From Hyaloraphidium curvatum SAG 235-1 (lineage: Eukaryota; Fungi; Monoblepharomycota): a stretch of 64,000 nt of DNA. The first letter of the stretch is position 1. Every line of letters begins with the position of its first letter. This document shows positions 11,622 to 23,323 of this stretch, piece after piece. The translations under genes and the position numbers were made by a program. The stretch spans positions 893,335-957,334 of the forward strand of contig JAIVFI010000004.1 in assembly GCA_025558095.1 (NCBI GenBank), in the 5' to 3' direction. The notes beneath the pieces are model-generated. The model saw only the letters and a list, made by a program, of their open reading frames with translations. It ran no database searches and was not told where the DNA came from.

Positions 11622-12011
11622 TCATGCGGCCACCTTCTCCCACACGAACTCGGCCTTCATCGACCTGCCGTTGACGATTTTGGTCTGCGAGAGCACCATC
11701 CGCCCATCCTCGATAGTGAAGTCGCGGGCCTGCTCGCCGCGGATGTTGACCAGGTCCGACGTCCCGTCGACGCCCGTCACGAAGCTGCGGCCGTCGCAGC
11801 GGTACCTTCCGGTGTACGCCATGAACGGCCGCTGCAGCGGTGGCATCGGGCCGTCGCTCCCGTCGGTAACGCAGAACATGACCCGCGTCGCGGTGAGCAT
11901 CGCCACGCCGGTGGCAGTCGCCCCGAATGGCGGCGGCGCGGGCGTGCCGTCAGAGTACGAAGCGCGCGTGGCATAGAGCTTGTATGTGCCGACGAGGTTT
12001 GGTGCCGCCAT
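11622..12011 (-). CDS. Lipocalin-like domain protein (bacterial Lipocalin_5 type), intronless
   Basis: MAAPNLVGTYKL...PPFGATATG...FMAYTGRY...VDGTSD....GEQAR.F...MVL...EFVWEKV fits the LVGTWxL / F.AY.G.Y / G..Q.R / L.W.K pattern. Confidence 0.75.
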   Translation of the reverse strand: MAAPNLVGTYKLYATRASYSDGTPAPPPFGATATGVAMLTATRVMFCVTDGSDGPMPPLQRPFMAYTGRYRCDGRSFVTGVDGTSDLVNIRGEQARDFTIEDGRMVLSQTKIVNGRSMKAEFVWEKVAA

Positions 12012-12797
12012 CGGTCGCGGAAATGGAGTTTGGAGTGGAAGTTGCCACGGGTCCCTGGCCCCCGGAGCTCCGGTGACTCGGCCATTCAGGGACCTGGACA
12101 TCGCGCCTTGAGTTGGATCGGAGACTTGGATGGGTTAAGGAAAACAATGTCTCGAGGTAACATGATGTGGGAAAGAGAGCTACATCCGCAGGCTCTAGCG
12201 CGAAACCGACCCCAGCTTGGCCGAAAGCTGCTCCCTCCAGAAACGAAGTGCCTCTTCAGGGTCAATGCCGAGTTTTTCGGGCTCGAGGTCTGCGGGCACT
12301 TCTAAACCCGGGAGCTGGCCCGGCTCGTCCGGATGGCCGCTGTATCCACCAGTCAGGCGGCGGATCACGATCCGCTTCCAGATTTTCATTCTCCCTTCCT
12401 TGTCGTGCGTCTAGAGATGACATGCAATCAATTCTCCGTCCATCCATCTGAATCGCTGCTGCCGATGGCGAGGAATGGGAAGACGCAGGCGGATCGGCGG
12501 GAGTGGAAGATCCTGGAGCTGCGCCATCCGCACAGCGAACACGCGGTTCAACCGCTTCAAAAGGAGGACTGGTGCGGGATCCGGCGCCGCAGAACGAGCG
12601 TTGATTTAGTCTACCGCCGACTTTGCTCTTTCTGGCGCGTCATTAGCGCGTGTCTCGTCTGCAGCGAACGTTTGCGCGGGCTCCGGCGGACGCGTTTCTC
12701 TCGCGCTCCCACCGCGTTTCTGATCCGCAACCGGACATCTTCGAGCACCGACGGACGCTTCTTCCTCTCCTCTGCCTCACGCTCCCCGGAACTCGCA

Positions 12798-13091
12798 ATG
12801 AGCGCCGCCCCTCCTTCCGAATCTGCCCCCGCATCCCTTCCCACCCTGTTCAAGGTCATCTCCCCGAAGGACGAGGTCATCATCGGCCTCCCTGAATCCG
12901 ACCTGGCAGCTGTCGCCGGCAAGCTGGCCGCGGACGGCACCCTGGTCGCGCACCAGTACGCCACCCGCCGGGCAAAGGACGGCAGCCTCGAGGTCGGGCC
13001 GCTGAAGAAGGTGGCGATAATGAAGAACGATGCGCTGAGGATCGAGGAGCACAGGGCGGCGCAGCCCGTGGCGCCGCTACCTGCGGAGTGA
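12798..13091 (+). CDS. Small conserved hypothetical protein resembling an alphaproteobacterial family, intronless
   Basis: 97 aa: TLFKVISPKDEVIIGL...VAGKLAADGTLVAHQYATRRAKDGSLEVGPLKKVAIMKNDALRIE. Strong coding bias; family resemblance is recalled, not searched. Confidence 0.65.
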   Translation: MSAAPPSESAPASLPTLFKVISPKDEVIIGLPESDLAAVAGKLAADGTLVAHQYATRRAKDGSLEVGPLKKVAIMKNDALRIEEHRAAQPVAPLPAE

Positions 13092-13558
13092 TGGTCGATT
13101 GGGGAATGGGGACTCCGACGAGTGTGCTGCGGAAGCGTGGCGAAAGGCAGGAGGGCTGATACAGACATTGCTGCCTTGTCTGTAGCATGCTGGCAGCCAT
13201 TTGAGAAGATTTCAATAGCATATTGCGCTCTCGTTCGCCCTCTTGTGCTTGGAACCCGATTCGCTGAGCCTCACTCGCCGCTACCCCACAGCGTAATGCG
13301 CAGCTGATCTGTCGACCCATCCACCGTGATTCCCGAAGCATCAGCTCCAACGCAGCCTATGTATGACGCGAGAACCAGATGGCGTTGCGTCGGGTTGCGG
13401 AGCGGACGCCAAGAGCGGAGCGGATCGGCTTGAGTTGACGCGCAGAGCCGCGTTCTCCGATTCACCGCTCTGTCCCCCACGCGTCCCGCCTCCGACTCCG
13501 ACGCGGCAAGGAACTTTGATTTTCTTTGCGTGCTTCACATTTCCCGCCCGCAACCGCG

Positions 13559-14547
13559 ATGCCGCTCTGCACGCTCCACCTTGTCCGGCTACGCACCGGA
13601 GCCTCGCCCGGCGCATTCCTGGGCGCCGTCAGCGCCTCCAGGCCCCTCGTCTGGGCCGGAAAAGTATTCGAGGCTGTCGTGTACGACGGCGACCTCGATC
13701 GGGGCAAGCTGGTCGGGGAGAAGTGGGACGTCGGCGTTCTCATCGAGGGCGGGTCGGAACTGCCCCCCGCCGCCGCCTCGCTGGCCGAGGCCACCTACAC
13801 CGTCTCCGCCGGCGTTCCCACCCGCGTGCTGGACGCGTACCCTTCGCTGAACGCCAAGCTGTTCGGCCCGCCGCCGGCGAGGAAGGTCACGAAGGACCCC
13901 GTCATGTCGCCCGACTCGAGCAAGCTTTCCGTGTCCAAGCCCATGCTCGAGTACGCGGACCGCGTGGAAGGGACCGGGTACCGCGGGCCCGTGAGCCAGA
14001 TCAACCTGCTCTGCTTCAGGAAGACCGAGGGGGCCAAGGAGAGCTACGGCCGTTACGGGCAGGGGTTCCAGAAGGTCGGGGGCAGCCACGGGTGAATAGC
14101 TACATGGCGCGCCTTGCTCTTGGAAGTGCTGACGTGCTCGTTGTTGTCGCCTGCGGCTCCAGAGGGTCGGCCAAGATCGTCGGCAACGTCGTCGAGCCTC
14201 CGAAGGACTCGCCGGACTCGAGGGGCAAGGCCCAGCCCCAGGGCAAGTGGTGGGACGAGATCGCAATCGCACAGTGGGTGGATTGTATTCCTGTCGCCGT
14301 TCCGTTCTGAACCGCCTCCGTCCGCAATGAAGGTACCCGACCGTCCGCCACGTAGGCCATCTCCATGTCGCTGTTTTCCATCTCACTGAGCCAACGCCCG
14401 TTCCAGTTCGTCGACATGGCCTCCGACCCGGCCTACCGCGAGATCAACACCGCCCACCGCCTGCCTGCGCTCGACAGCACGGTGATCGTGTCGACGCGGG
14501 ACATCAGGCCTGACGAGGAGAAGGGGGTCAAGTGGGCGAGGCTGTAA
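13559..14547 (+). CDS. DUF1330-like dimeric alpha/beta-barrel protein (fungal type), 4 exons
   Basis: MPLCTLHLV... INLLCF...KESYGRYGQGF...GGSAKIVG...WDEIAIAQ|YPTVRH|FVDMASDPAYREINTAHRLPAL. Includes a 19-nt micro-exon and ends in ARL, a PTS1-like tripeptide. Confidence 0.75.
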
Positions 14548-14772
14548 GATGATCTTTGTTGATGACATGCTTCTGATATCGGAAAGAATGGAAAGAATGT
14601 AAGAATGTTCGATTGCTCATCCGCCGGTGGTGGCGGTGGCGGCGGCAATCCTCGGCCTGAGCCAATCGTTTGGGCGATCTTTATATACGAAAAGCGAAGC
14701 CCTCGTTTCCCGCCTTGTCCGTCCCCACCCTCTTACCCTCCTTCCCCCCTACTCCCGTCTCTTCTCGTCGAA

Positions 14773-17419
14773 ATGCCGGCCGGCACCGCGCCCGTTGAGC
14801 CGCGGATCGGAATCCGTGCGTCCCGCGCGCGGGGAGACACCGGCGACTTCTCACTGGCCGCCCAGTTGGTGGAGGCCTCGCGGGCATTGCCGCCGCGGTC
14901 TACCTCAGGGATAAACTTGGTCTGAGCCTGGACAGCGTGAAGGGATTAGAAAGGAACCCCGGTATGTGGTGCCGCAGCGGAGGTGGGCACGGGTTCTGAC
15001 TGCTCCTGCCGACAGACTTTGGCGGCACCTGGTGGGCCAAAGTCTTCATTGGAGGCTGTTCGGGCAATCTCCTGACACATCGTTGTCGATAGGCTCGAGA
15101 ACACGTACCCTGGATTGTCCTGCGATGTGCCCGGTATGTCTTTCTCCCTCCTCCAGTAGTCGCGGCCCAGGCTGACCTCAGGTCCTTCCATCCCCCCTGC
15201 AGCCCACCTCTGTCGGTGCCAACGGCATTGCTGACCCGGAAACTCCGCTGATCCGCCCTCCAGATTCTTTCAGCTGGGCCATGAACCCCAACTGGAGCCG
15301 CCCTTACGGTGATCACCGCGCTCACCGCCCGCGCCGCCCGCCTGACCGCCTTCCGCGCGACCAGTGCCCCAGCCCGAGCTGCTGGATTACATCAAGAGCG
15401 TCGCCGACGCCTTCCACGTCCGCAAGTCCTTCACGTTCAATATCAAGGTGACCCGGGCGGCGTGGGACGACGAAAAGTCTTCGTGGACCGTGTGGTACAA
15501 GGACATGAACAAGGTAGGCACTTCTGCGGTTCTCCATTGGTCGTCTTGCCGACGCTGCCCGCCAGGTCGTCTTGCCGCCCGGCACCACCGTCCCGATCTG
15601 GCGCGCCCTCACGGACCCCATGCGCGACGTCCCCGGCGCGACCGCCGAGGCCGACGAGGAGAAGGAGATCGTGCGGCTGGTCAACGCGCTGCCGGAGGAG
15701 AGCTTCGAGTGCGACTTCCTGGTCAACACGACCCGGTTCACGGGGAGCCCTGGGCTGCCGCGGATCCCGGGGGCGCTCGAGGGCGCGTTCAAGGGGGACC
15801 AGTGGCATTCGATGAGGTGGCCGGAGAACGGGCTGGAGAGGGTCAAGGGGAAGAGGGTGGCGATGATTGGTTGCGCGGCTGCGTGGGTGGACTGCTGGAA
15901 GGGTATGCCGAGAGCTCCGCTGACTCCTTTTCTTGGTTTCCCAACCACAGCGCCGCCCAGCTCGTCCCCCAGGTCGTTCCCCTCGCCAAATCCTTCGACC
16001 TGTACCACCGTACCCCGAACCACTTCATGCACCGCCCCAACGACCTCTACCCCGAGGACCTGAAGAAGAAGTTCGCCGAGAACCCGCTCTACTTCAGGAT
16101 GTGGCGTCAGGATCTCGACCGCAAGTTCTGCAAGAACTGGTGGGAGACCGGGTTCCTGGACGGCGAGGAGCACAAGTGGTGGGTCGGCACCGCGGGCGGC
16201 GTGCCTCTCCGACAGCTGATCGACGCCGGCAGGTCGACCGAGGACGCCAAGGCGAACCTCTACGAGAACATCAAGGACGAAAAGCTGCGCGAGGCCCTGT
16301 GGCCCGACTTCCCGGCCTGGTGCCGGCGCGTCTGCTTCCACGTGGGCATCGGCCGCCTTCCTTCGCGTCGTCGTGGTGCTGACGGTTCCTCAAAGAACGA
16401 CTTCTACCCCGCCCTGGCCCAGCCCCACGTCACGGTCATCCTGGACCGCATCGTCAAGATGGACGCGACGGGCATCGTGACGGCGGCGCAGAACGCAAGG
16501 GAGGAGAAGATCGACGAGTCGGCGCCGCAGACGCACCACGACTACGACGTCATTATTTGTTGGTGTCTCGCTCCTGTGGCATATGGTCGACATTTGCTGA
16601 CCGAACGTCCTCCCAGACGCCACCGGCTGGGCCGTGGACGGCAACAAGGAGCCGCTCGTGACCATCACTGGCCGCGGCGGCGCCGATATCGTGCTCAAGT
16701 CCAACAACATCAAGTTCCTCGGCATGAACCCCGACGGCACGCCCAACCTCGACATGTCCGAGTTCGGTCCCTTCAGCTACTTCGCCGGCATGGTCGAGGA
16801 CATGCCCAACTACTTCTCGCCGGGCTCGCCGCCGATTGGGCTCTGCTCGGTCATCTCGGTCATCGAGGACGCTTCGGACTACATGATCAAGATGTACGTC
16901 GGTTTCCGCTTTGTTCGAGCCCGATTTGACCGTCGCCCTCGTCGCAGCATCAAGCACTGCCTCCACCACAACATCAAGGCCATCTCGCCCAAGCACGAGG
17001 CCATCGCGCAGTTCTACGAGGTCGTTGACGAGCGCTGCAAGAAGGCGCCTTACTACCGGTGGGCCCGGCTGCTTTGTTGGCAAACAACTATGTGCCTCTG
17101 ACCCGCGGATCCGTTGACCAGGGGAACCCACCACACCTACCACAAGCAGTTCCGTCCGGACGGGTAGGTTGCCCTTTGCCTGCTCACCTCGCCCGCTCCC
17201 GGCTCATCGTCCCGCCCTCGCAGCTCCTACGTCACCCGCATCCACTTCCCCGGCAGTCCGTGGGAGTTCGCGGAGCTGCAAAAGTACCCCGTCTTCGCGA
17301 ATTTCGAGGAGGTGCCGAAGGCCGGGAACGAGCCCAAGTGGGCGATCCCCACGGAGCCCGTGGGGACGCCGTGGGACGACGTGTACAAGGCCGTGCACGT
17401 GGTGGCGGCCAAGAACTAG
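14773..17419 (+). CDS. Flavin-containing monooxygenase, Baeyer-Villiger type, many exons
   Basis: Spliced IGI|LGGGLAGIAAA (FAD GxGxxG), DFGGTW|LENTYPGLSCDVP|AHL|YSFSW, fingerprint FKGDQWHSMRWP (FxGxxxHxxxW), and DVIIYATGW-like motif. Stop TAG at 17417-17419. Confidence 0.85.
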
Positions 17420-18592
17420 GCGAGTTCGGCTGGATAATGGAACGATGTCGCGAAACTAGATGTAGAATCGGCCAGCAAGATGCTTCATCCTTTTCCCAAC
17501 TCTAGGGGTAGACGTGCGCGCCGAACCCCTGGCACAGGGCTATCTCCGCCTCCAGGAGCGACTGGTACTCGGGATCGTCCTATCGTCCTCGTCTCCGGCG
17601 AGATGTGGAGCAGCGCAGGCGCGGCGGATTGCAAGCCAGAAATCGGCGTTCTGATCTGCGTTCTCATACGACAAACATCATCCCTGCGGAAGGGAGAGCG
17701 GAGAAGCGGACCCTACTACGCCACAAGCCTTTGCGTCCCTGATCGCCCGAGCGGAGGAACGGGGCGCTGCGGACTCTCCAACCGGCCAAATTCAAGGAAG
17801 CTATAGTGGGGAGATCGTGATCGGAGAGACGGGCCGCGGATGGGTCGGAGGCCGGGTGGCCGCCGGTGATCGGCAGTGCGCGGGCTGGGCCGGGAATTGT
17901 TGCCGGCAGCGCACCGATCGGCGGCCTTCCCGTGCAGCTCCGCGGGCACGGGGCCGGACCCGGGGGGCGGGTATCGCTGGATCGTGACACATACCCCTTC
18001 TAGTCGTCGCCGCAGCGCAGGTCAATGAGTAATGAATTGCTCGGCCGGCGCCTAAACTGCGGGCGCCGCAGTCGATTCGGCTGACTAAACCTCGGCCTTC
18101 CTGCCGATGGCCCGCCCATCCGCGGTCAGGCCCAACATCGGACAAATGTAGGAACTGGATTCCGTGTCCCCCGTCCTTCCGAAAGCCCGCGTTTGGTTTT
18201 GGAGGCTCTGCTGATGATGTTCGAAGATCTTCCACCACCGAGGGCTGGTGAGGCTCGGGGGTTCACGTCGGCAATCCGCCTGCGGCGACTGCTGCGGGAA
18301 TCCCCCAGTCATCAGAAGTCCCTGCAGCGAATCTACTGCTGCTGAGGCGGGCCGGATCCCGCCTCGCCGAATTCCCTTCGACTCAGGATTTCTGGCGCGA
18401 GGCGCACGCTTGTGGCGCTGCGGCGGCAAGGCCGCAAGGCTTAGCGCCCGCCCTCGCGACTCACCCACCTCACCCACCGCCTTCTCCCCCTTTCTCGCCC
18501 CGGCGCACCCGCCGGGCGCCTCTCGGCCTTTTTGCCCTTCTCACCTGCGCGTGATCCCGGCAGCGGAGCCCGGTGCTGCCGCCGAAAACGCC

Positions 18593-21483
18593 ATGGCCGG
18601 CCGGATCCCACCCGCACCGTCCCCCTCTTCGAAACTCCCCAGATCAATCATGATCCTCGCCTCCCTCATTATTGCGCTACTCTGTGCACTTCCGGCGATG
18701 GCCTGGCCCGGCGGACTCCCTGGCGGAATCATCCCCGAGCGCGTTGCTGCTCTCGGCGACTTCGTCTCGGACTTTCTCTGGCTCGACGACGAGCGCCTCA
18801 TCATCGCCGGCAAGCGCGGCCGCCTCGTGCTGTTCCGGAACGGCCAGTGGTCCGCCACGCTCCTCGACATCTCGGGCCGCGTCGCCCCGGCCGCGGGCGG
18901 TGGGTCGCCTGCCGTTCGCACCCCGTCTTCACTCGCTGACCGCCCAGAAACACAGATCGTGGACTCATGGGCATCGCCATGGATCCCGGCTTCTTCCGTG
19001 GGCGCCCTTACATTTACGTCGCCTACACCGTCGACCCGAACCGGAACGGAGGTGCGGCAGCACAGCACCGCCGGCCGCCCCCCACACTGACCGCCTCCCG
19101 GCCCCGTCCAGGCATGAACTATAACATGCTTGCTAGGTTCACGTACGCCGGGGATTCGCTGCAGGACGAGAGGCTGCTCATGGGCGGCGGCTGCAACCTG
19201 GACGGAAGCGTGAGTGTGATTGCTCTTTAGGGTGACGGCACCGGGCCACGGAGGCAGCTGCGCCCGCACCTGCACTTGCGGTGCCGTCCATCCGGCGAAA
19301 GTTGTGTCGCGGGGCGGCCCAGTTTGCGGCAGGGCACCCGATCCTCCGTCGCGGTTGGGGGGATCGTGCCCTTGCGCAGCGCTTGTCCCTTGTGCCCTCC
19401 CGCGGTTCCCGCGACTTCCGACGCACCTTGCTGACCGCATTTTCCATCACCTACAGTGGCAGTACAATGACAACTGCTCGCCGATGCCCGGCACAACCCA
19501 CTCGATTGGCTCCCTGTGGTTCCCAGGCGACGGCTCCCTCTGGGTCTCGGTCGGCGAGGGCAACATCCACGACGGCGCCTTCTGGTATGACACCTACGGT
19601 ATGGGATGGGTAGACCGCGCCTTGGCCATGGACCCCGACTTCCTTGGCGGCAAGATCCTCCGCTTGGACCCCGACTCGGGCGCCGGCAGGGCCGACAACC
19701 CGTTCTGCGGGGGCGGCAGCATCTGGTCCGCCAGGTGCAAGGTCTGGGCCGTCGGCCTGCGCAACCCGTTCCGCTGCTCGGGCGGGCCGGGTGCCGTGTA
19801 CTGCGGCGACGTCGGGTGGTACACTTGGGAATCGTTCAAGGTTATCTACAGGGGCCAGAACATGGGCTGGCCATGGTGGGTTCCGCGGCGCTTTCCCCCG
19901 CCGGCTTTGCTCACGCTCCGCGTCTTTGCAGCTGGGAGGGCAACAACATCCCGCCCGGGCAGAACCCCGGCACGCCCATCTGCCAGCGCATCTACAACGG
20001 TGACAACCCGTACCCAGGCATCCCCGGCTCCCGCGGCGTGGTGTTCCAGTGGAACCACAACGGCGCCTCCGCTGCAGCCATCGGCGGCGTGCAGATCCCC
20101 TCGTACTACCCCGGCGTGGGCGGCCGCTGGATCATTGCCGACTACACCTCGGGTCAGGTCTGGGCCGTCACCGGCGGCGGCGACGTCATGACCTTCTTCT
20201 ACGGCGGCGAAAACCCCGCCGCGTTCCGCGTGGGCACCGACGGCTGGCTCTACTACCTCAGCAACGCGGGCGGCGTCGTCATCCGTTTGCGCATCTCGGG
20301 CTTCACGCCCCCGCCCAACCCGACCGTGCCGCGGCTCACCACCGCCCGCCCCGTGCCGACCACCTCCAAGCGCCCCCCGGACCCGCTCTGCGAGCCCACC
20401 GGCGCCGCCCGCATCGTCGTGCCGACCTGCACCGCCGGCGTGGGGCAGCAGCCCATCGGCGACCTGACCTTCCTTTCGCGCGAGGGCTGGCCAAGGAGCA
20501 GGCTGCGGTTCGTCCGCAACGGCAACTGGGGTCCCGTCGGCCTCGACGCCTCGGTAGGGAGGAGGAACAACCAGACTTCGGGGAGGACGCTCAACATCAA
20601 CAACCGGTGGTTCATCACCGGCTGGGGTACGCACGCGCTGAGGTGGGCTCAGGTCGATGCAGGGCGAGTTTCTGGGAGCTGATCGCCCCTTGCTTGTCAG
20701 CCAAATCGACGTGTTGCTGAACCAGTGCTGCTATCGTGTCACGGGCACCGTCGGCGTCGACGAGGAGGTGCGGCGGTTCTACCCGCAGTGGGGCTACAAC
20801 GACACCGCCTCCCCCAACGCCGGGAACGTCTCGGGCTCGTGGACGATCCGAACCGTGGACAACAACCGCGTCGTGTGGAACTCGAGCACCATCCGCCGGA
20901 TGAACCTCGGGTCCAACCCGCTTGCCTTCGATATCCGCAACCTGCACCGGTTCAACCGCGTGTCGCTCCAGGCGGCGGTCGCGCCCGGCCTGGACACGCG
21001 CCTCGCCAACGTCTGGACGCCCTCGCACTTCAACTGGGCCGAGGTCAAGGCCTACTGCGGCCCGCGCTCGCCGTACGCGCCGATCGTGACCATGACCCAG
21101 CCGCCCGAGGGCCTGATGGCGCGTCCGGACACGATGGTGCGGTTCGCCGCCACCGCCACCTACTGGGACCGCCGGACAGCCATCCCTGCATCCATGTTCC
21201 AATGGGATATCAACTTGGTGCACTGCCAGGGGTTCCTCTGCCACCAACATAACCCTTTCCGGTTCTCCGGGGTGCGTTCTGGCTCGTTTAACGCGAGTTC
21301 GCATGCAGATACGGACCAGCAGTGTGGGTCCCTCCCCTTGGGTCGATCGGGCGCCGCAGCCGTTGACTTTTGCCCTCCGCAGACTACTATTACTCTGTGC
21401 AGCTGACCATCCGCGACCGCTGCGGCAACACCGAGGTCATCCGGCGTTCCGTCTCCATGCAGGGTTTCCAAAACATGCCCTAA
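18593..21483 (+). CDS. Secreted PQQ-type glucose/sorbosone dehydrogenase-like beta-propeller + NPCBM/NEW2 + C-terminal Ig/PKD-like segment
   Basis: Signal/hydrophobic segment MILASLIIALLCALPAMA. Propeller motifs DRGLMGIAMDPGF, THSIGSLWF..DGSLWVSVGEG, GKILRLDP..G....DNPF, AVGLRNPFR, GDVGWYTWE, NMGWPCWEG. NPCBM-like WGPVGLD.S.G...GRTLNIN...GWGTHAL|SQIDV.L..CC...GTVGVDEE. C-terminal WDINLVHC...CHQH...SGSF. The start could instead be ATG 18650. Confidence 0.85.
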
Positions 21484-21762
21484 AAGTATACCTCTACGGA
21501 CATTATAGAGCCCGCGCCGGCGCGCGGGCACCGAAATCGTACGTATTCGGGACACGCCGATATGCCTTGCCGGATTGTAGATTTAGGCCCGACCGGCACC
21601 GCGGCGACCACGGGAATCGCCGGACGTGTAAACAATATGGGGCACCTCTAATATGAATGGAATGCGTTTTGAAGCATCGCTTGTGGTTGTGGCTGCGGCG
21701 CCGATTTGGTTGTTGACGTGAAGCGTCGGGCCGGGGCTGTGTTCACCAAACGGTGACCTACA

Positions 21763-22965
21763 ATGGACTCGCTCCCCGCATCGATGGCTACCGAGCTCCA
21801 GCGGCTCCGCGATGAAAATGCGGCGCTCCGAAAGCTCCTCGCCGAACGCGGCATGCCGGTGCCTGCTCCTCCCCCGGCGATGTGCGACGCGCCATCGGGC
21901 TCGGCAAACGAGAACGGCCCCGCGTTTCCCCCCGAACTGATCCTGAAGATCGGCCGCTTCCTCCCGCCCGGATCCCGGACCCTAGTCGAGCTGCTCCTCT
22001 GCTGCAGGGCGTACCATGCTCTGCTGCTTTCCCACCACCACAAGTACCTCGAGGTCGCCGCCCTCCGCCACGAGCGTCTTCTGGGGGAGCAGCTGGCCCG
22101 CATGCAAATCTCGGGCGCGCTGGACGACGTCGAGGAGCTCCGTGAGGATAACTGCATGTGGCAAACGCGCATGTACCATGCCCTGGAGATCGCGGCGCGG
22201 TGCCCGAAGCTGGCACGCCTCAAGTGCAGCGCCGAATCGGGGATGGACATCCTGAAGCTCCAAAAGACCGCGCTCGACAACCTCGTCAGCTTGGACATCA
22301 CGATTCGTCCGCGCCACCACGTCGACGGCGTCCTGTTCTTGCCCCGGCTCAAGGAGCTCACCCTGCGCGGCTGCCCGTCGCTGGCCGTGGGCCGACTGTT
22401 CGCTGGAAAAGGCTGCCCAAAATTGGAGAGCGTGGAACTGGAACTGGACAGGTTCATGGAGACGCCCCTGGCGACGGATTGCGCCCGCCTCCCCGCGGCG
22501 TTCGTGCGGAAGATCAAGGTGCTTCACTGGAGCTACAACGGGGATCTGGAGTCGTTCCTGCGGCTCCCCGCCTTCCGACCTTCGTCTTTGCTGCACGTCG
22601 GATATACCGGCATCAGCGGGGCCACCTGGAAGCGGGTCTCGCAGCTCCCCGGGCTCGCAGAGCTCAGCATGGCCGAGCTTCCCGCGTCCTTCCTCCTCAC
22701 CGCGCTCCACTCCGTCGGCTGCGAGCTGAACATCGATCGCCTGTTCGTCGCTGGAACGCTCAACAAACCTGCGATCGCCATTGTCGCGGCGAACCTCGGG
22801 CGCCTGGGCGCGCTGGACATCCGCAGCGTGGAGGAGCTGCCCGTGTGCGACCCGGAGTACGAGTACTACTGGATGTACGGCGGGGACGAGGGGATACCGG
22901 GGCACCGGGACCGCGTCCGAGCCGAGCTGGACTTCTTCGGTGGCATCCGGGACCGCAGCGCGTAG
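21763..22965 (+). CDS. Coiled-coil + F-box-like + LRR protein, intronless
   Basis: 400-aa ORF. N-terminal coiled coil, FPPELILKIGRFL (F-box-like LPxE(L/I)), and LRR-like LPRLKELTLRGCP and CPKLESVEL. Paralog at 723-1827. Confidence 0.75.
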   Translation: MDSLPASMATELQRLRDENAALRKLLAERGMPVPAPPPAMCDAPSGSANENGPAFPPELILKIGRFLPPGSRTLVELLLCCRAYHALLLSHHHKYLEVAALRHERLLGEQLARMQISGALDDVEELREDNCMWQTRMYHALEIAARCPKLARLKCSAESGMDILKLQKTALDNLVSLDITIRPRHHVDGVLFLPRLKELTLRGCPSLAVGRLFAGKGCPKLESVELELDRFMETPLATDCARLPAAFVRKIKVLHWSYNGDLESFLRLPAFRPSSLLHVGYTGISGATWKRVSQLPGLAELSMAELPASFLLTALHSVGCELNIDRLFVAGTLNKPAIAIVAANLGRLGALDIRSVEELPVCDPEYEYYWMYGGDEGIPGHRDRVRAELDFFGGIRDRSA

Positions 22966-23323
22966 AGAGCTGGCGGGTCCTCGACGCCGTGTCCTTGTAC
23001 TGGAACTCGTATATACGCATCCGCCGCGGGCTCTAGCTCGTCGGCTTTAGACAGCGCGATCCTTGGGCTCGACCCGTGGCAAAGGGAAAGCGCCTGTAGA
23101 CGATAGTGCGCGGATCGGGGGCTCATCCCGGACGGCCTGCGGCGGTGGCATCTCCAAGCACGTCTACAGTCCCGTATCTCTGGAGTTTCCACTCACTCGG
23201 TGCCTGAGGCCCGAATGTCGGCGAGGCGGGGCAGGAATGTGGGTCCTGATTCGGCTCGATCAGCTGGACCCACGAAGCCGCCACCGCCCGACGAGGCCGC
23301 CCTTCGCCCACCCGCGGATCGCG

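Noticed and set aside
12195-12530. Short minus-strand ORF (…LEPEKLGIDPEEALRFWREQL…)
   Set aside because: Weak codon bias, no motif and no convincing splice partners. At most a relic.
10421-21483. SDR + lipocalin + DUF1330 + BVMO + dehydrogenase as a biosynthetic gene cluster
   Set aside because: There is no backbone enzyme (PKS, NRPS, terpene synthase) or pathway regulator. Co-location of redox genes is not enough.
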